DNA of 64,000 nt, taken from positions 32,001-96,000 of the IMG/VR virus record IMGVR_UViG_3300025151_003852; one strand, given 5' to 3'. Below the pieces are notes generated by a model. The model worked only from the letters and a program-made list of their open reading frames with translations, had not been told where the DNA came from and searched no databases. The stretch comes from a virus. Of this stretch, positions 55,488 through 64,000 are shown one piece after another. The stretch's first letter is position 1. The number at the start of each line of letters is the position of its first letter. A program made the translations under genes and the position numbers.

Positions 55488-57011
55488 ATGGCCGCAGACA
55501 AATTTAATTCACTAACTGGTTATTCAGTAGGATTACCCGGGATAGACGTAATTGCCGCAAATGGCAATGTAGTTACTAATCATAACTATCCTCAAGGAAA
55601 CGTGACATCTAACAGTGTTTACGCAAATAATTATTATTTTTCTAATGGTCAACCATTCACAAGTGATCCAGCAGGATCAAACACTGAAGTTCAATTCAAT
55701 AATGATGGTAATTTTGGTGCTAGTCCAAATTTAGTATTTGATTCTACTACTGGAACATTGATCTCAGAAAATCTTACAGTAACAGGCAATACACTATTGG
55801 GCGATGTCGAAACAGTAACAATATTAGGCGGAACAAACGGATATGTTTTACAAACAGACGGTGCAGGTGGATTAAGTTGGACAGCCCAAACAGGTAACGG
55901 TGGCGGAAACGGATCACCTGGTGGCGCCAATATGCAGGTACAGTTCAATAGTGCTGGTTCGTTTGCAGGTGATGCAGGATTTATATATGATGTAGATGAT
56001 GATTTACTATCAGCAATTCATATTGCAGGTGAAGCAGGTAACCTTTCTAATCTAACATATTCTAATATTGTAGGTATTGGAAACATATCATCAGTTAATC
56101 TTACTGGTGAAGACAATAAAGTTTTATATGCTAATGGTATCTTTGCAGATATATCAGCAGGAGCAAGTGCAAACTTTGCTAACTATGCCGGCAACGTTAC
56201 AGTTGCCGCACAACCAAACATTACATCAGTAGGAACATTAACTGGCTTACAGATAAGCGGAGGATTGTCTGTAACCGGTAATATAGGTGTTAGTAATTTA
56301 GCAGTTACAGATGACACGACATTTTCAGGCCCTGTCAATTTTAGTACGTTAAGTAATGTTACAGTCTCATCAAATATAAACGCAATAACATCACCTAATG
56401 TTAATTTACCTATAGCAAACTTACATATTGACGGCGGACTTAACGGATATGTATTAGCCACAGATGGTGCAGGTAATCTTTCTTGGACAATTCAATCAGG
56501 TGGCGGCGGTGGAGGCACCCCAGGCGGAGCCAACACACAAATGCAGTTTAACAATCAAGGTGCATTCGGCGGTTCTGCTAACTTTGTTTATGACAGCACA
56601 TTAAACAAAGCAACAATGGCAGGAGAGTTTGTCGCAAATAATTTAACAGTAGGTTCAGGAGCATATTCATTTAGAACTACTAAAGTTAAAAACGGTGTAA
56701 CAACCACTACTTCAGCAGTTGAAATATGTGCAACAGAAGCAGATACAGTATCAGCAATTGATTATACTATTGTTGCTACAGATCCTGCAAATTCATCCAG
56801 ACAAACTACAAAATTAACAACAGCAGTATATGGAACAACAGTTAACTACATAGAATATGCAACTATCTCTGTAGGATCATTACTTGCTGATTTTGAAGTA
56901 ACTTATGTGCCGGGAGATGCATTTAGAGATGCTCAAGTAGTACTTTATGCTACCCCAGCCACAACAAACGAAACAACTTATAAAATTTTATTAGAGGAAT
57001 ATTCCTCTTAA
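55488..57011 (+). CDS. Modular virion fibre protein
   Basis: Three 'G(S/A)N(T/M)xxQFN' modules, two 'GG.NGYVL.TDGAG.LSWT' modules, C-terminal beta domain; CATAAATA at 55454-61. Confidence 0.65.
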   Translation: MAADKFNSLTGYSVGLPGIDVIAANGNVVTNHNYPQGNVTSNSVYANNYYFSNGQPFTSDPAGSNTEVQFNNDGNFGASPNLVFDSTTGTLISENLTVTGNTLLGDVETVTILGGTNGYVLQTDGAGGLSWTAQTGNGGGNGSPGGANMQVQFNSAGSFAGDAGFIYDVDDDLLSAIHIAGEAGNLSNLTYSNIVGIGNISSVNLTGEDNKVLYANGIFADISAGASANFANYAGNVTVAAQPNITSVGTLTGLQISGGLSVTGNIGVSNLAVTDDTTFSGPVNFSTLSNVTVSSNINAITSPNVNLPIANLHIDGGLNGYVLATDGAGNLSWTIQSGGGGGGTPGGANTQMQFNNQGAFGGSANFVYDSTLNKATMAGEFVANNLTVGSGAYSFRTTKVKNGVTTTTSAVEICATEADTVSAIDYTIVATDPANSSRQTTKLTTAVYGTTVNYIEYATISVGSLLADFEVTYVPGDAFRDAQVVLYATPATTNETTYKILLEEYSS

Positions 57012-57073
57012 AAAAAATAGTAAAAAAATAATCGCAAAAAACCATTAGTTAGCAGTTATTTTTTGCGGAAACA

Positions 57074-57081
57074 TATAAATA
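57074..57081 (+). promoter_or_regulatory. T4-type late promoter TATAAATA
   Basis: Exact T4 late consensus upstream of the GGAG SD and ATG 57108; a gp55-like sigma is encoded in the window. Confidence 0.7.
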
Positions 57082-57107
57082 CAACTATAGTTTACGGAGA
57101 CCAAACC

Positions 57108-59285
57108 ATGGCAATCAAAGCATTTAACTCGGTTGCGGGATTTTCAGTAGGAGAAACCCCGGCCAACATAATTTTATCGAACGGTTATATCACAACAAAC
57201 GGCGCAACGTTTACAGCAAATATTGCGGCATTGGGTGTATTGACCGATAACTTATATTACGCAAACGGCGTACCCTGGGACTTACAAGAACCAGCAGGTG
57301 CTAACACTCAAATCCAGTTCAACAATCAACAGGACTTTGGTGCATCAGCAGACTTAACATTTGATACGGCTACATCTAATTTAGATGTTTCTGGTAATGT
57401 TAATCTAACAACTGGTAAGTACTATGGTGACGGTTCAGCATTAACAGGTATTGATGCTACAGGCATTCAAAACGGAACATCAAATGTTCGTATACCATCA
57501 GCAGATGGCAATATCGAAATGAATTCAGGTGGCAATTTAGTTGCAAACATTACAGATACAGGAGCAAATATTTCAGGTACATTAAATGTAACAGGTATTG
57601 TTACTGTTCCTAGTAGCACAGGAGCAATTGATGTTGCATTAGGAACACCTACTCAAGGAAATCTAACATCTAATGCTTTAACTTTAACAACTTCATCGTC
57701 GGTCTCCAATTCGATTGCACAGTTGAATGAAGTATTAGGAAAATTAGTTCCTGAAAGCCCAGATAACTTCCCGGGCGGACAAAGCATTACTATTGCAAGT
57801 ACATCTTCATACAGAATGGCAGATGGCTTCACTCAGCCTGACAACACAGCAGGTGGATCAGCGGCAGTGGCAGCAGGTACAACAGTATCTAAAACACGTA
57901 GAGCATCATCATACAATGTTAATGCGATTACAAACACTGGCCCTGGTGACAACGGAACGATTTCTGTTCAAAAGAATGGTGCAGCCGCAGGTAGCAGAAC
58001 TTTAACTACTTCTTTAGACGGTAACGGAACTTACAGTGACTTGATTATTTCAAATAACGTAGACTATAACTCTGTAAATTCAAATGTAGCGGCAGGCTTC
58101 TGGTCAGTCTTTACAGCAGACGCATCAGGTACTGTATCAGACGGATGGAACGAAGTATTAATTGATGATACTGCAACGACATCTACAAACAAAGAAACTT
58201 GGTACTATGATTCATCGAATCCTGGTACACCTCAATTTACATCAACATCATTTACTGCACCAGGTGCACCTAGTTATACATACAGTTCAACTGTACCTCA
58301 CTATAACAACACAAATGATTTTGCTGTAGCATTTAATGTAAACAGATTATCAGGTAACATGTATCCAACAAGTGATACGTTTGTTACAGGATCATCAGGT
58401 GGTGCTTTCTCATCACCTAGTAGTGTAACATATTCAACTGCTGGAGTGACAACTCCATTAGCGGCTCAGTTACACGTAGCATCAGGAAGTCAAGCAGTTA
58501 CAACTACTTCTTCTATCATTTCAGGATTTGGTTCAAGTACATCGGGTCCATCAGTCTCTGTCTTTAACTCTTATGCAACAGGAGTACAATCATTCTCTCC
58601 TGGAGGCACAGTACTTTATAAGACAGGTACTTCATCTTCTTCAAGCAGAATCGAAGAAGCAAACGTGTATATTGGTTCATCAATTGGTTCAGGATCAGGG
58701 TTAGCACAACGTATTGAAAACCCAGGTTCAACTGATACACCTAGTTTCTCTGCAAGTGCAACTGTGTTTAACAGTGAAACTTCAACATTAGAGACATATG
58801 ATGCAACAGTCGTTGGTGATGTATTAAGCCATGATGAAACTGATTATTCTTCTGGTCATTTACCAGCAGGACCTGACTTATCAGCAGGTAGATCAGGTGA
58901 CCAATACTTTACATTCAAATTTGTAAGAACATCAACATCGAAGTTTGATGTTAAATTTACTGGAACGTTGGCAGGTTGTTGGGTAGCAGTACCCGGCAGT
59001 ACAATTGACTCAGCATCTTCATTGAACGGTTGGGTTGACATGGCAACATCTTACGCGGGAGCAGGTGTCCCCGGTGCTAATACAGGCTCTGGTGGTAATG
59101 GTTCAAACGGGTGTGCGTTAGGCGGCGTTATACCTACAGGATCTGCTCAAACAAATAAATCAACAACTGCTACTTTTGGTACAGTAAGTTCATCTAGTAC
59201 AGCAACTAATGAAATTTATGTTCGTATCAAGTTAGAGAGTGGTCAATCGATAACAGCCTTATCACTAGAATCTGCGAGTAACTAA
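57108..59285 (+). CDS. Ser/Thr/Gly-rich virion fibre/structural protein
   Basis: Start at ATG 57108 (MAIKAFNS, GGAG SD) rather than TTG 57063; shares N-terminal and internal modules with its neighbours. Confidence 0.65.
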   Translation: MAIKAFNSVAGFSVGETPANIILSNGYITTNGATFTANIAALGVLTDNLYYANGVPWDLQEPAGANTQIQFNNQQDFGASADLTFDTATSNLDVSGNVNLTTGKYYGDGSALTGIDATGIQNGTSNVRIPSADGNIEMNSGGNLVANITDTGANISGTLNVTGIVTVPSSTGAIDVALGTPTQGNLTSNALTLTTSSSVSNSIAQLNEVLGKLVPESPDNFPGGQSITIASTSSYRMADGFTQPDNTAGGSAAVAAGTTVSKTRRASSYNVNAITNTGPGDNGTISVQKNGAAAGSRTLTTSLDGNGTYSDLIISNNVDYNSVNSNVAAGFWSVFTADASGTVSDGWNEVLIDDTATTSTNKETWYYDSSNPGTPQFTSTSFTAPGAPSYTYSSTVPHYNNTNDFAVAFNVNRLSGNMYPTSDTFVTGSSGGAFSSPSSVTYSTAGVTTPLAAQLHVASGSQAVTTTSSIISGFGSSTSGPSVSVFNSYATGVQSFSPGGTVLYKTGTSSSSSRIEEANVYIGSSIGSGSGLAQRIENPGSTDTPSFSASATVFNSETSTLETYDATVVGDVLSHDETDYSSGHLPAGPDLSAGRSGDQYFTFKFVRTSTSKFDVKFTGTLAGCWVAVPGSTIDSASSLNGWVDMATSYAGAGVPGANTGSGGNGSNGCALGGVIPTGSAQTNKSTTATFGTVSSSSTATNEIYVRIKLESGQSITALSLESASN

Positions 59286-59287
59286 AA

Positions 59288-62200
59288 ATGAGTATACCTA
59301 TTTCACAAAAAGTCGACCTACTTTATAAACAGGCATTTGGTGTCACTAAAACTGACACAGAATCTAATAAAAGTCCAAGTAACGAGGCTATTGCTAGCCC
59401 ATTACTAAATCGTGGTGATACACTATGGTCACAGGCTGATCAGATCCCAGGAACAGCGGCAGCCGTTGCTAGTATTGTTCAAGCATATACAGGATCTAAT
59501 GCAGTCGAGTGTACAGCAGATAATACTACTGTACCAGTTGGCGGTGTTTACCCCACATGGAAAACTGATTTAACTTACTGGATCCCACAAGAATTTGGTT
59601 CTACTTATGCAGTCCAAGTTTGGGTAGATGATTCAGGAGTTGCAGATCCAACTTCAACTGGTACTCAAATCTTTGGTGCTGGTTCAGGTGGAACTGGTGA
59701 GTTCTATTATAACTATCAATCAGGTGTTCTTAACTTTATCGGAGAAACTATTCCGACTGCTCTAACAAGTAGTAAAGTTCTTTACATCGTAGGTTATAGA
59801 TACATTGGTAAGACAGGTGTTACTAACTTACCAGACTCACAGATTGGTAACTTAGATATAACTGATCAGACTATTACTGGTCAAGACACAGATGCTAACA
59901 TTATCTTTACACCAAATGGCACAGGTCAAGTTGTCACTGGTGGTAACATTACTGCTTCATATTATTATGGAGATGGTTCTCAATTAACAGGTATTGACAC
60001 AGCAGGTGTGTCAAACGGTACATCAAATGTTCGTATTGCAGTCGCAGATGGTAATATCGAACTAAACGTCAACGGTGGATTAACAGCAAACGTTACTGAT
60101 GACGGCATAGTAATGACAAGTGGTAATTTAGACCTCGGTAATGTCATTGCAACAGGCGTTGTAACTGCAACAGGTAATGTAGCAGGTGGTAACTTAACAT
60201 CAGGTGGTGTTGTAGAAGTAACAGGTAACGTAATCGGCGGAAACTTAACTACAGCAGGCGTTGTAGACGCAACAGGCAATGTTGCTGGTGGAAACTTAAC
60301 TACAGCAGGTGTTGTAGAAGCAACAGGCAATGTTGCTGGTGGAAATATTACAACAGCAGGCGTAGTCGAAGCAACAGGTAACGTAATTGGTGGAAATATT
60401 ACAACAGTAGGTGTTGTAGCCGCAACTGGTAACGTATCAGGTGGTAACGTATCAGGTGGAAACTTAGTAACAGCAAACTTCTTTACAGGTACATTAATCG
60501 ACGGTACATCAAATGTTACAGTTAATAATAATGGTAACGTTGATTTAGTAGCCGCAGGAAACACAACTGCTGTTATTACTGATACTGGCGCAAACATTAT
60601 TGGTACAATTAATGCAAATGGTACAGGTACTTTAGGAGCATTAATTACTCCGACTGTTACTGGTACTACAGGTAATTTAACATTAACAGCGGGTTCATCA
60701 GATGATTACGTTGAGATCAGACCTACTGGTACTGGTCAAGTTCACGTAGGTGGATTTAAAATCGAAGCAGTTGGAACTCCAACAGCATCAACTGACGCCG
60801 CTACTAAGCAGTACGTAGATGACGTAGCACAAGGACTTGCAGTTCATGCACCTTGTATCGTAGCATCAACAGATACATTGGCAACAATGTCTGGTGGTAC
60901 TGTAACATATGACAACGGCACAGCAGGTGTCGGAGCGACTCTTACAATTTCTGGTGCAACATTAACAGCAATTGACGGAGTAACTTTAACTTCAAATGAT
61001 AGAATTTTAATCAAAGACGAGTCAACAGGTGCTAATAATGGTATCTATGTATATACAAGTTCAACTGTTTTAACAAGATCAGATGACTTCAATACTCCGA
61101 CTGAAATGGCAGGCGGTGACTTTACATTTGTACAACAAGGTACAGTTTATAATGATACTGGTTGGGTAATGACTGATCCAGTAACAACAGTTGGTACTTC
61201 TACTGTTAACTTTGTTCAGTTCTCAGGTGCAGGATCATTCACAGCAGGTGCAGGTCTTACATTAACAGGTACTGAATTCTCTGTTAACGTTGATAACTTA
61301 ACAACAGATATTCAAGGTGGAAACGTAGTTGTTAAAACTTCTGCTCAGTTAACTACTCCAAACATCGGAGCGGCAACAGGTACAAGTTTAACTACAACTG
61401 GTAATGTAGCAGGTGGTAACTTAACAACAACAGGTGTTGTAAGTGCTACAGGTAATGTAGTCGGTGGCAACCTAACAACAGGTGGTGCAGTAACTGCAAC
61501 AGGTGCAGTAACTGGTGGCAGTTTAACAGATGGCACAGCAACATTAAGTTCAGGTGCATTAAGTGGTGCAACTACAGGTGCATTTAGCGGCAACGTAAGT
61601 GCTGGTAACTTAACTTCAACAGGTGCTGTTTATACTGACACTATCAATGAAGAATCTACTAATGCAGGCATTACTTTTGGACATGAAGTTCTAGGTGGAG
61701 CGGCAACTTTCTCTGCTAACGTAGCAGGTGGTAACTTAACAACAGGTGGTGTTGTAAGTGCAACTGGTAATGTAACAGGTGGTAACTTAACAACAGCAGG
61801 CGTAGTTGAAGCAACAGGAAATATCGATTCAACATCAGGTATCTTTAATGGTGACGGTTTTGGATTATCAAATATCCCGGCCGCAAACATTACAGGCTTA
61901 AGTCTTTCAGGTATCGCAAATGGTACATCTAATGTAGACATTGCATCTGTAGACGGTAACATCACAATGGGTGTTAACGGAACTGCTGACGTAATAGTCG
62001 TATCAGACGGTGGACTTGATGTAAAAGGAACAGCAGATATTACTTCTACTGTAACAGCACCCGCATTTACTGCGAACACAGGACTATTTACTGGTGACGG
62101 TGGTGGTTTATCTAATGTCGCAGGTGGTAATGTAACTGGTGAAGTTGCATTCGCGGCGACTGCTAACGCAGTAGCAGGTGGAAATGTATCAGGTCAAGTA

Positions 62201-62650
62201 GCAAACGCACTTGTATCAGGTACTGTCTACACAGCGGCACAACCTAACATTACTTCTGTAGGTACTTTAACAAGTGTTGAAGTAAGTGGTACAGCAAATG
62301 TAGCAGGTAACTTAAATGTCGGTACTAGTGAGATTTCAACACTAGCGGCAGGAACAGTAACTACTACAACTACATCACAAACAGCAATTGCTAGTTTCGC
62401 AGTTTCAGGAATAAACGGAATTGAGTTCTTAGTAAAAGGATATGACGCAACATCAGGAAATACTTCTGTAGCATCAGTACTAACTGTAACAGACGGATCA
62501 ACAGTTGATTTCGTTACATACGGTCAGACATACTTAACAGGAGCACCTGGTGTATTAGCAGTAGGCTTAAACGGTAGTGACTTAGAATTGTTGGTAACAC
62601 CAGCATCAACTAATTCAACTGTTTGGGTTACACAATATAGGTTTATTTAA
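59288..62650 (+). CDS. Long virion fibre protein with 17-aa tandem repeats
   Basis: 1120 aa; GVVxATGNVxGGNLTT repeats, 'DAATKQYVD' fibre motif, 'DRILIKD....ANNGIY' module. Confidence 0.7.
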   Translation: MSIPISQKVDLLYKQAFGVTKTDTESNKSPSNEAIASPLLNRGDTLWSQADQIPGTAAAVASIVQAYTGSNAVECTADNTTVPVGGVYPTWKTDLTYWIPQEFGSTYAVQVWVDDSGVADPTSTGTQIFGAGSGGTGEFYYNYQSGVLNFIGETIPTALTSSKVLYIVGYRYIGKTGVTNLPDSQIGNLDITDQTITGQDTDANIIFTPNGTGQVVTGGNITASYYYGDGSQLTGIDTAGVSNGTSNVRIAVADGNIELNVNGGLTANVTDDGIVMTSGNLDLGNVIATGVVTATGNVAGGNLTSGGVVEVTGNVIGGNLTTAGVVDATGNVAGGNLTTAGVVEATGNVAGGNITTAGVVEATGNVIGGNITTVGVVAATGNVSGGNVSGGNLVTANFFTGTLIDGTSNVTVNNNGNVDLVAAGNTTAVITDTGANIIGTINANGTGTLGALITPTVTGTTGNLTLTAGSSDDYVEIRPTGTGQVHVGGFKIEAVGTPTASTDAATKQYVDDVAQGLAVHAPCIVASTDTLATMSGGTVTYDNGTAGVGATLTISGATLTAIDGVTLTSNDRILIKDESTGANNGIYVYTSSTVLTRSDDFNTPTEMAGGDFTFVQQGTVYNDTGWVMTDPVTTVGTSTVNFVQFSGAGSFTAGAGLTLTGTEFSVNVDNLTTDIQGGNVVVKTSAQLTTPNIGAATGTSLTTTGNVAGGNLTTTGVVSATGNVVGGNLTTGGAVTATGAVTGGSLTDGTATLSSGALSGATTGAFSGNVSAGNLTSTGAVYTDTINEESTNAGITFGHEVLGGAATFSANVAGGNLTTGGVVSATGNVTGGNLTTAGVVEATGNIDSTSGIFNGDGFGLSNIPAANITGLSLSGIANGTSNVDIASVDGNITMGVNGTADVIVVSDGGLDVKGTADITSTVTAPAFTANTGLFTGDGGGLSNVAGGNVTGEVAFAATANAVAGGNVSGQVANALVSGTVYTAAQPNITSVGTLTSVEVSGTANVAGNLNVGTSEISTLAAGTVTTTTTSQTAIASFAVSGINGIEFLVKGYDATSGNTSVASVLTVTDGSTVDFVTYGQTYLTGAPGVLAVGLNGSDLELLVTPASTNSTVWVTQYRFI
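60155..60460 (+). repeat. Six tandem 51-bp (17-aa) coding repeats
   Basis: GVVTATGNVAGGNLTSG / GVVEVTGNVIGGNLTTA / GVVDATGNVAGGNLTTA / GVVEATGNVAGGNITTA / GVVEATGNVIGGNITTV / GVVAATGNVSGGN; further copies near 61390-61510 and 61720-61820. Confidence 0.85.
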
Positions 62651-62652
62651 TA

Positions 62653-64000
62653 ATGGGAATTAGATCCTTTAACTCAGTTGGAGGGTTTTCGGTAGCCGAA
62701 ACGCCCGTTGAGATAATCAGTAATGTGGGTAATGTTACCCCTACTAACTTAGATGTTAGTACTGGACTATCTGATCTAGGTGCTATTGGCAATATTACGA
62801 TTACTGGAGGCTCCGCAAACCAAGCAATTATCACTGATGGTTCAGGTACATTATCATTTGGTGAAGCAGGCATGTCGGCAAATTCAGCCGCTACTATGCC
62901 ATATCAAATCAATGCATCTGAATCATATACAGTGGGTGCTAATCTTCAGGGTCTATTTGCAGAAGCAATCACAATCGATGGAGAATTAGATGTAGAAGGT
63001 ATTCTTATCGAAGTAGGCGTCTCTCAAAACGCAGAATCATCACAGATTTATTTTGACAATGCAGGTACATTCTATGGTAACACAGGATTTACATTTAATA
63101 TAAATTCTGGTAATTTAGATGTACCAGGAAATATTAATCCTACTGGAAGTATTATTCCTAGTGCAAATGTCACATACGATTTAGGATCAGCAAATTATCG
63201 TTGGAATGATCTATATCTTGCAGGAACATCTATATTCTTAGGTGGTGGGTCAATAGCAGAAGCCGCAAATGGCGCTATGGTCATGACTAACGGTGACGGC
63301 GGACAATTTATATTCGATGGTACTGCTGATTTTCATACATATGCAATATCACATGGTAACTCTAATGTATCTATAGACACATCAGGTTCAGCAGTCACAA
63401 TGGGTGTTGCTGGAAATGCTGACGTATTTTCAATGTCAGGCGGTGGTGTCTTAACTACGACAGGTAATGTCGTACCATTAGGTATTAAAACAGACAATTA
63501 TTATTATGCAAATGGAGCCGCAATTACTTTTGGTGAATCAGCGGCAGGCTCTGATACACAAGTACAGTTTAATGACAACGGATCATTTGGTGGATCAGGT
63601 AACTTAACATTTGCAGATGCTTCAGGATTACTGACAGCATCAGGCAACGTAGTAGGTAATAACTTTATATCTACATCTGGCGATATGCTATTTGGCACAG
63701 GTGTCGGACAAGGTACTATATCAGTAGATACAAGTACAACAACAGCCGGTGTATTCACAACCACAATGACAGACGTTAATATCGGATTAAATGCTAACGT
63801 TGTAATTTGTGGTACAGGCAAAACATTAACAGCACGTGGTAACGTGTCTGCGGACAATTTAAATTCAACAACTTTATCAGTTGACGATTTATATAGTAGC
63901 AGAACAGCAGTTTCTGTAGGAAGTGCTAATACAACAATTGATACATTTGCCGCATCTTCTTATAGATCAGCAAAATATACAATTAAGGTTTCGGATAACA
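62653..64000 (+). CDS. Modular virion fibre protein, runs off the window end (MGIRSFNSVGGFSVAETP...)
   Basis: Manual translation is open from ATG 62653 to the end and includes 'IIPSANVTYDLGSANYRWNDLYL', 'AGSDTQVQFND' and 'IDTFAASSYRSAKYTIKV'. Missing from the ORF track because it is truncated. Confidence 0.75.
   Translation, partial: MGIRSFNSVGGFSVAETPVEIISNVGNVTPTNLDVSTGLSDLGAIGNITITGGSANQAIITDGSGTLSFGEAGMSANSAATMPYQINASESYTVGANLQGLFAEAITIDGELDVEGILIEVGVSQNAESSQIYFDNAGTFYGNTGFTFNINSGNLDVPGNINPTGSIIPSANVTYDLGSANYRWNDLYLAGTSIFLGGGSIAEAANGAMVMTNGDGGQFIFDGTADFHTYAISHGNSNVSIDTSGSAVTMGVAGNADVFSMSGGGVLTTTGNVVPLGIKTDNYYYANGAAITFGESAAGSDTQVQFNDNGSFGGSGNLTFADASGLLTASGNVVGNNFISTSGDMLFGTGVGQGTISVDTSTTTAGVFTTTMTDVNIGLNANVVICGTGKTLTARGNVSADNLNSTTLSVDDLYSSRTAVSVGSANTTIDTFAASSYRSAKYTIKVSDN

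Noticed and set aside
59270-59290. Possible frameshift fusion of the 57108 and 59288 fibre genes, which have complementary modules
   Set aside because: The -1 frame has a TAA at 59279-81 and there is no slippery heptamer before the stop. Ordinary reinitiation is more likely.
60155-60460. Regularly spaced repeats that might suggest a CRISPR array or DGR template
   Set aside because: They are in-frame coding repeats with mostly third-position variation and no unique spacers. No cas or reverse transcriptase gene is in the window.
3398-63857. Many 60-205 aa ORFs antisense to long genes (e.g. 3689..4207, 45143..45712, 49576..49995, 59980..60597, 61630..62079, 63504..63857)
   Set aside because: They lie wholly within well-supported genes on the other strand and are explained by codon bias in Thr/Gly/Ala- or Asp/Glu-rich sequence.
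1-64000. Stop-codon reassignment
   Set aside because: Standard-code ORFs tile the window with very long frames, and genes end in TAA, TGA and TAG at sensible positions.

Overview
AT-rich, densely coding 64-kb segment of a large T4-like (myovirus) bacteriophage. It covers the virion morphogenesis region. The minus-strand block (1-35.6 kb) holds baseplate and tail genes (gp48/54-like, gp53, hub, gp5-like spike, gp25, gp6), a giant 6429-aa repeat-rich structural protein, fibre proteins and two glycosyltransferase-like genes. A plus-strand block (35.7-41.2 kb) encodes a gp55-like late sigma factor, gp47/gp46 (Mre11/Rad50-like), a radical SAM enzyme and a Holliday junction resolvase. Next come a ~480-bp highly structured non-coding gap, a gp26/gp51-like pair that appears joined by a programmed -1 frameshift, the tape measure gene, the head module (gp20, gp21, gp22, gp23) and a run of modular fibre proteins. 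The most notable unexplained signals are the structured intergenic element (candidate ncRNA or ssDNA hairpin locus), the -1 frameshift site, and TAAATA late promoters positioned to give leaderless mRNAs. No tRNA, rRNA, CRISPR array, integrase or intron was seen. All product calls come from motif recognition by eye, not database searches.
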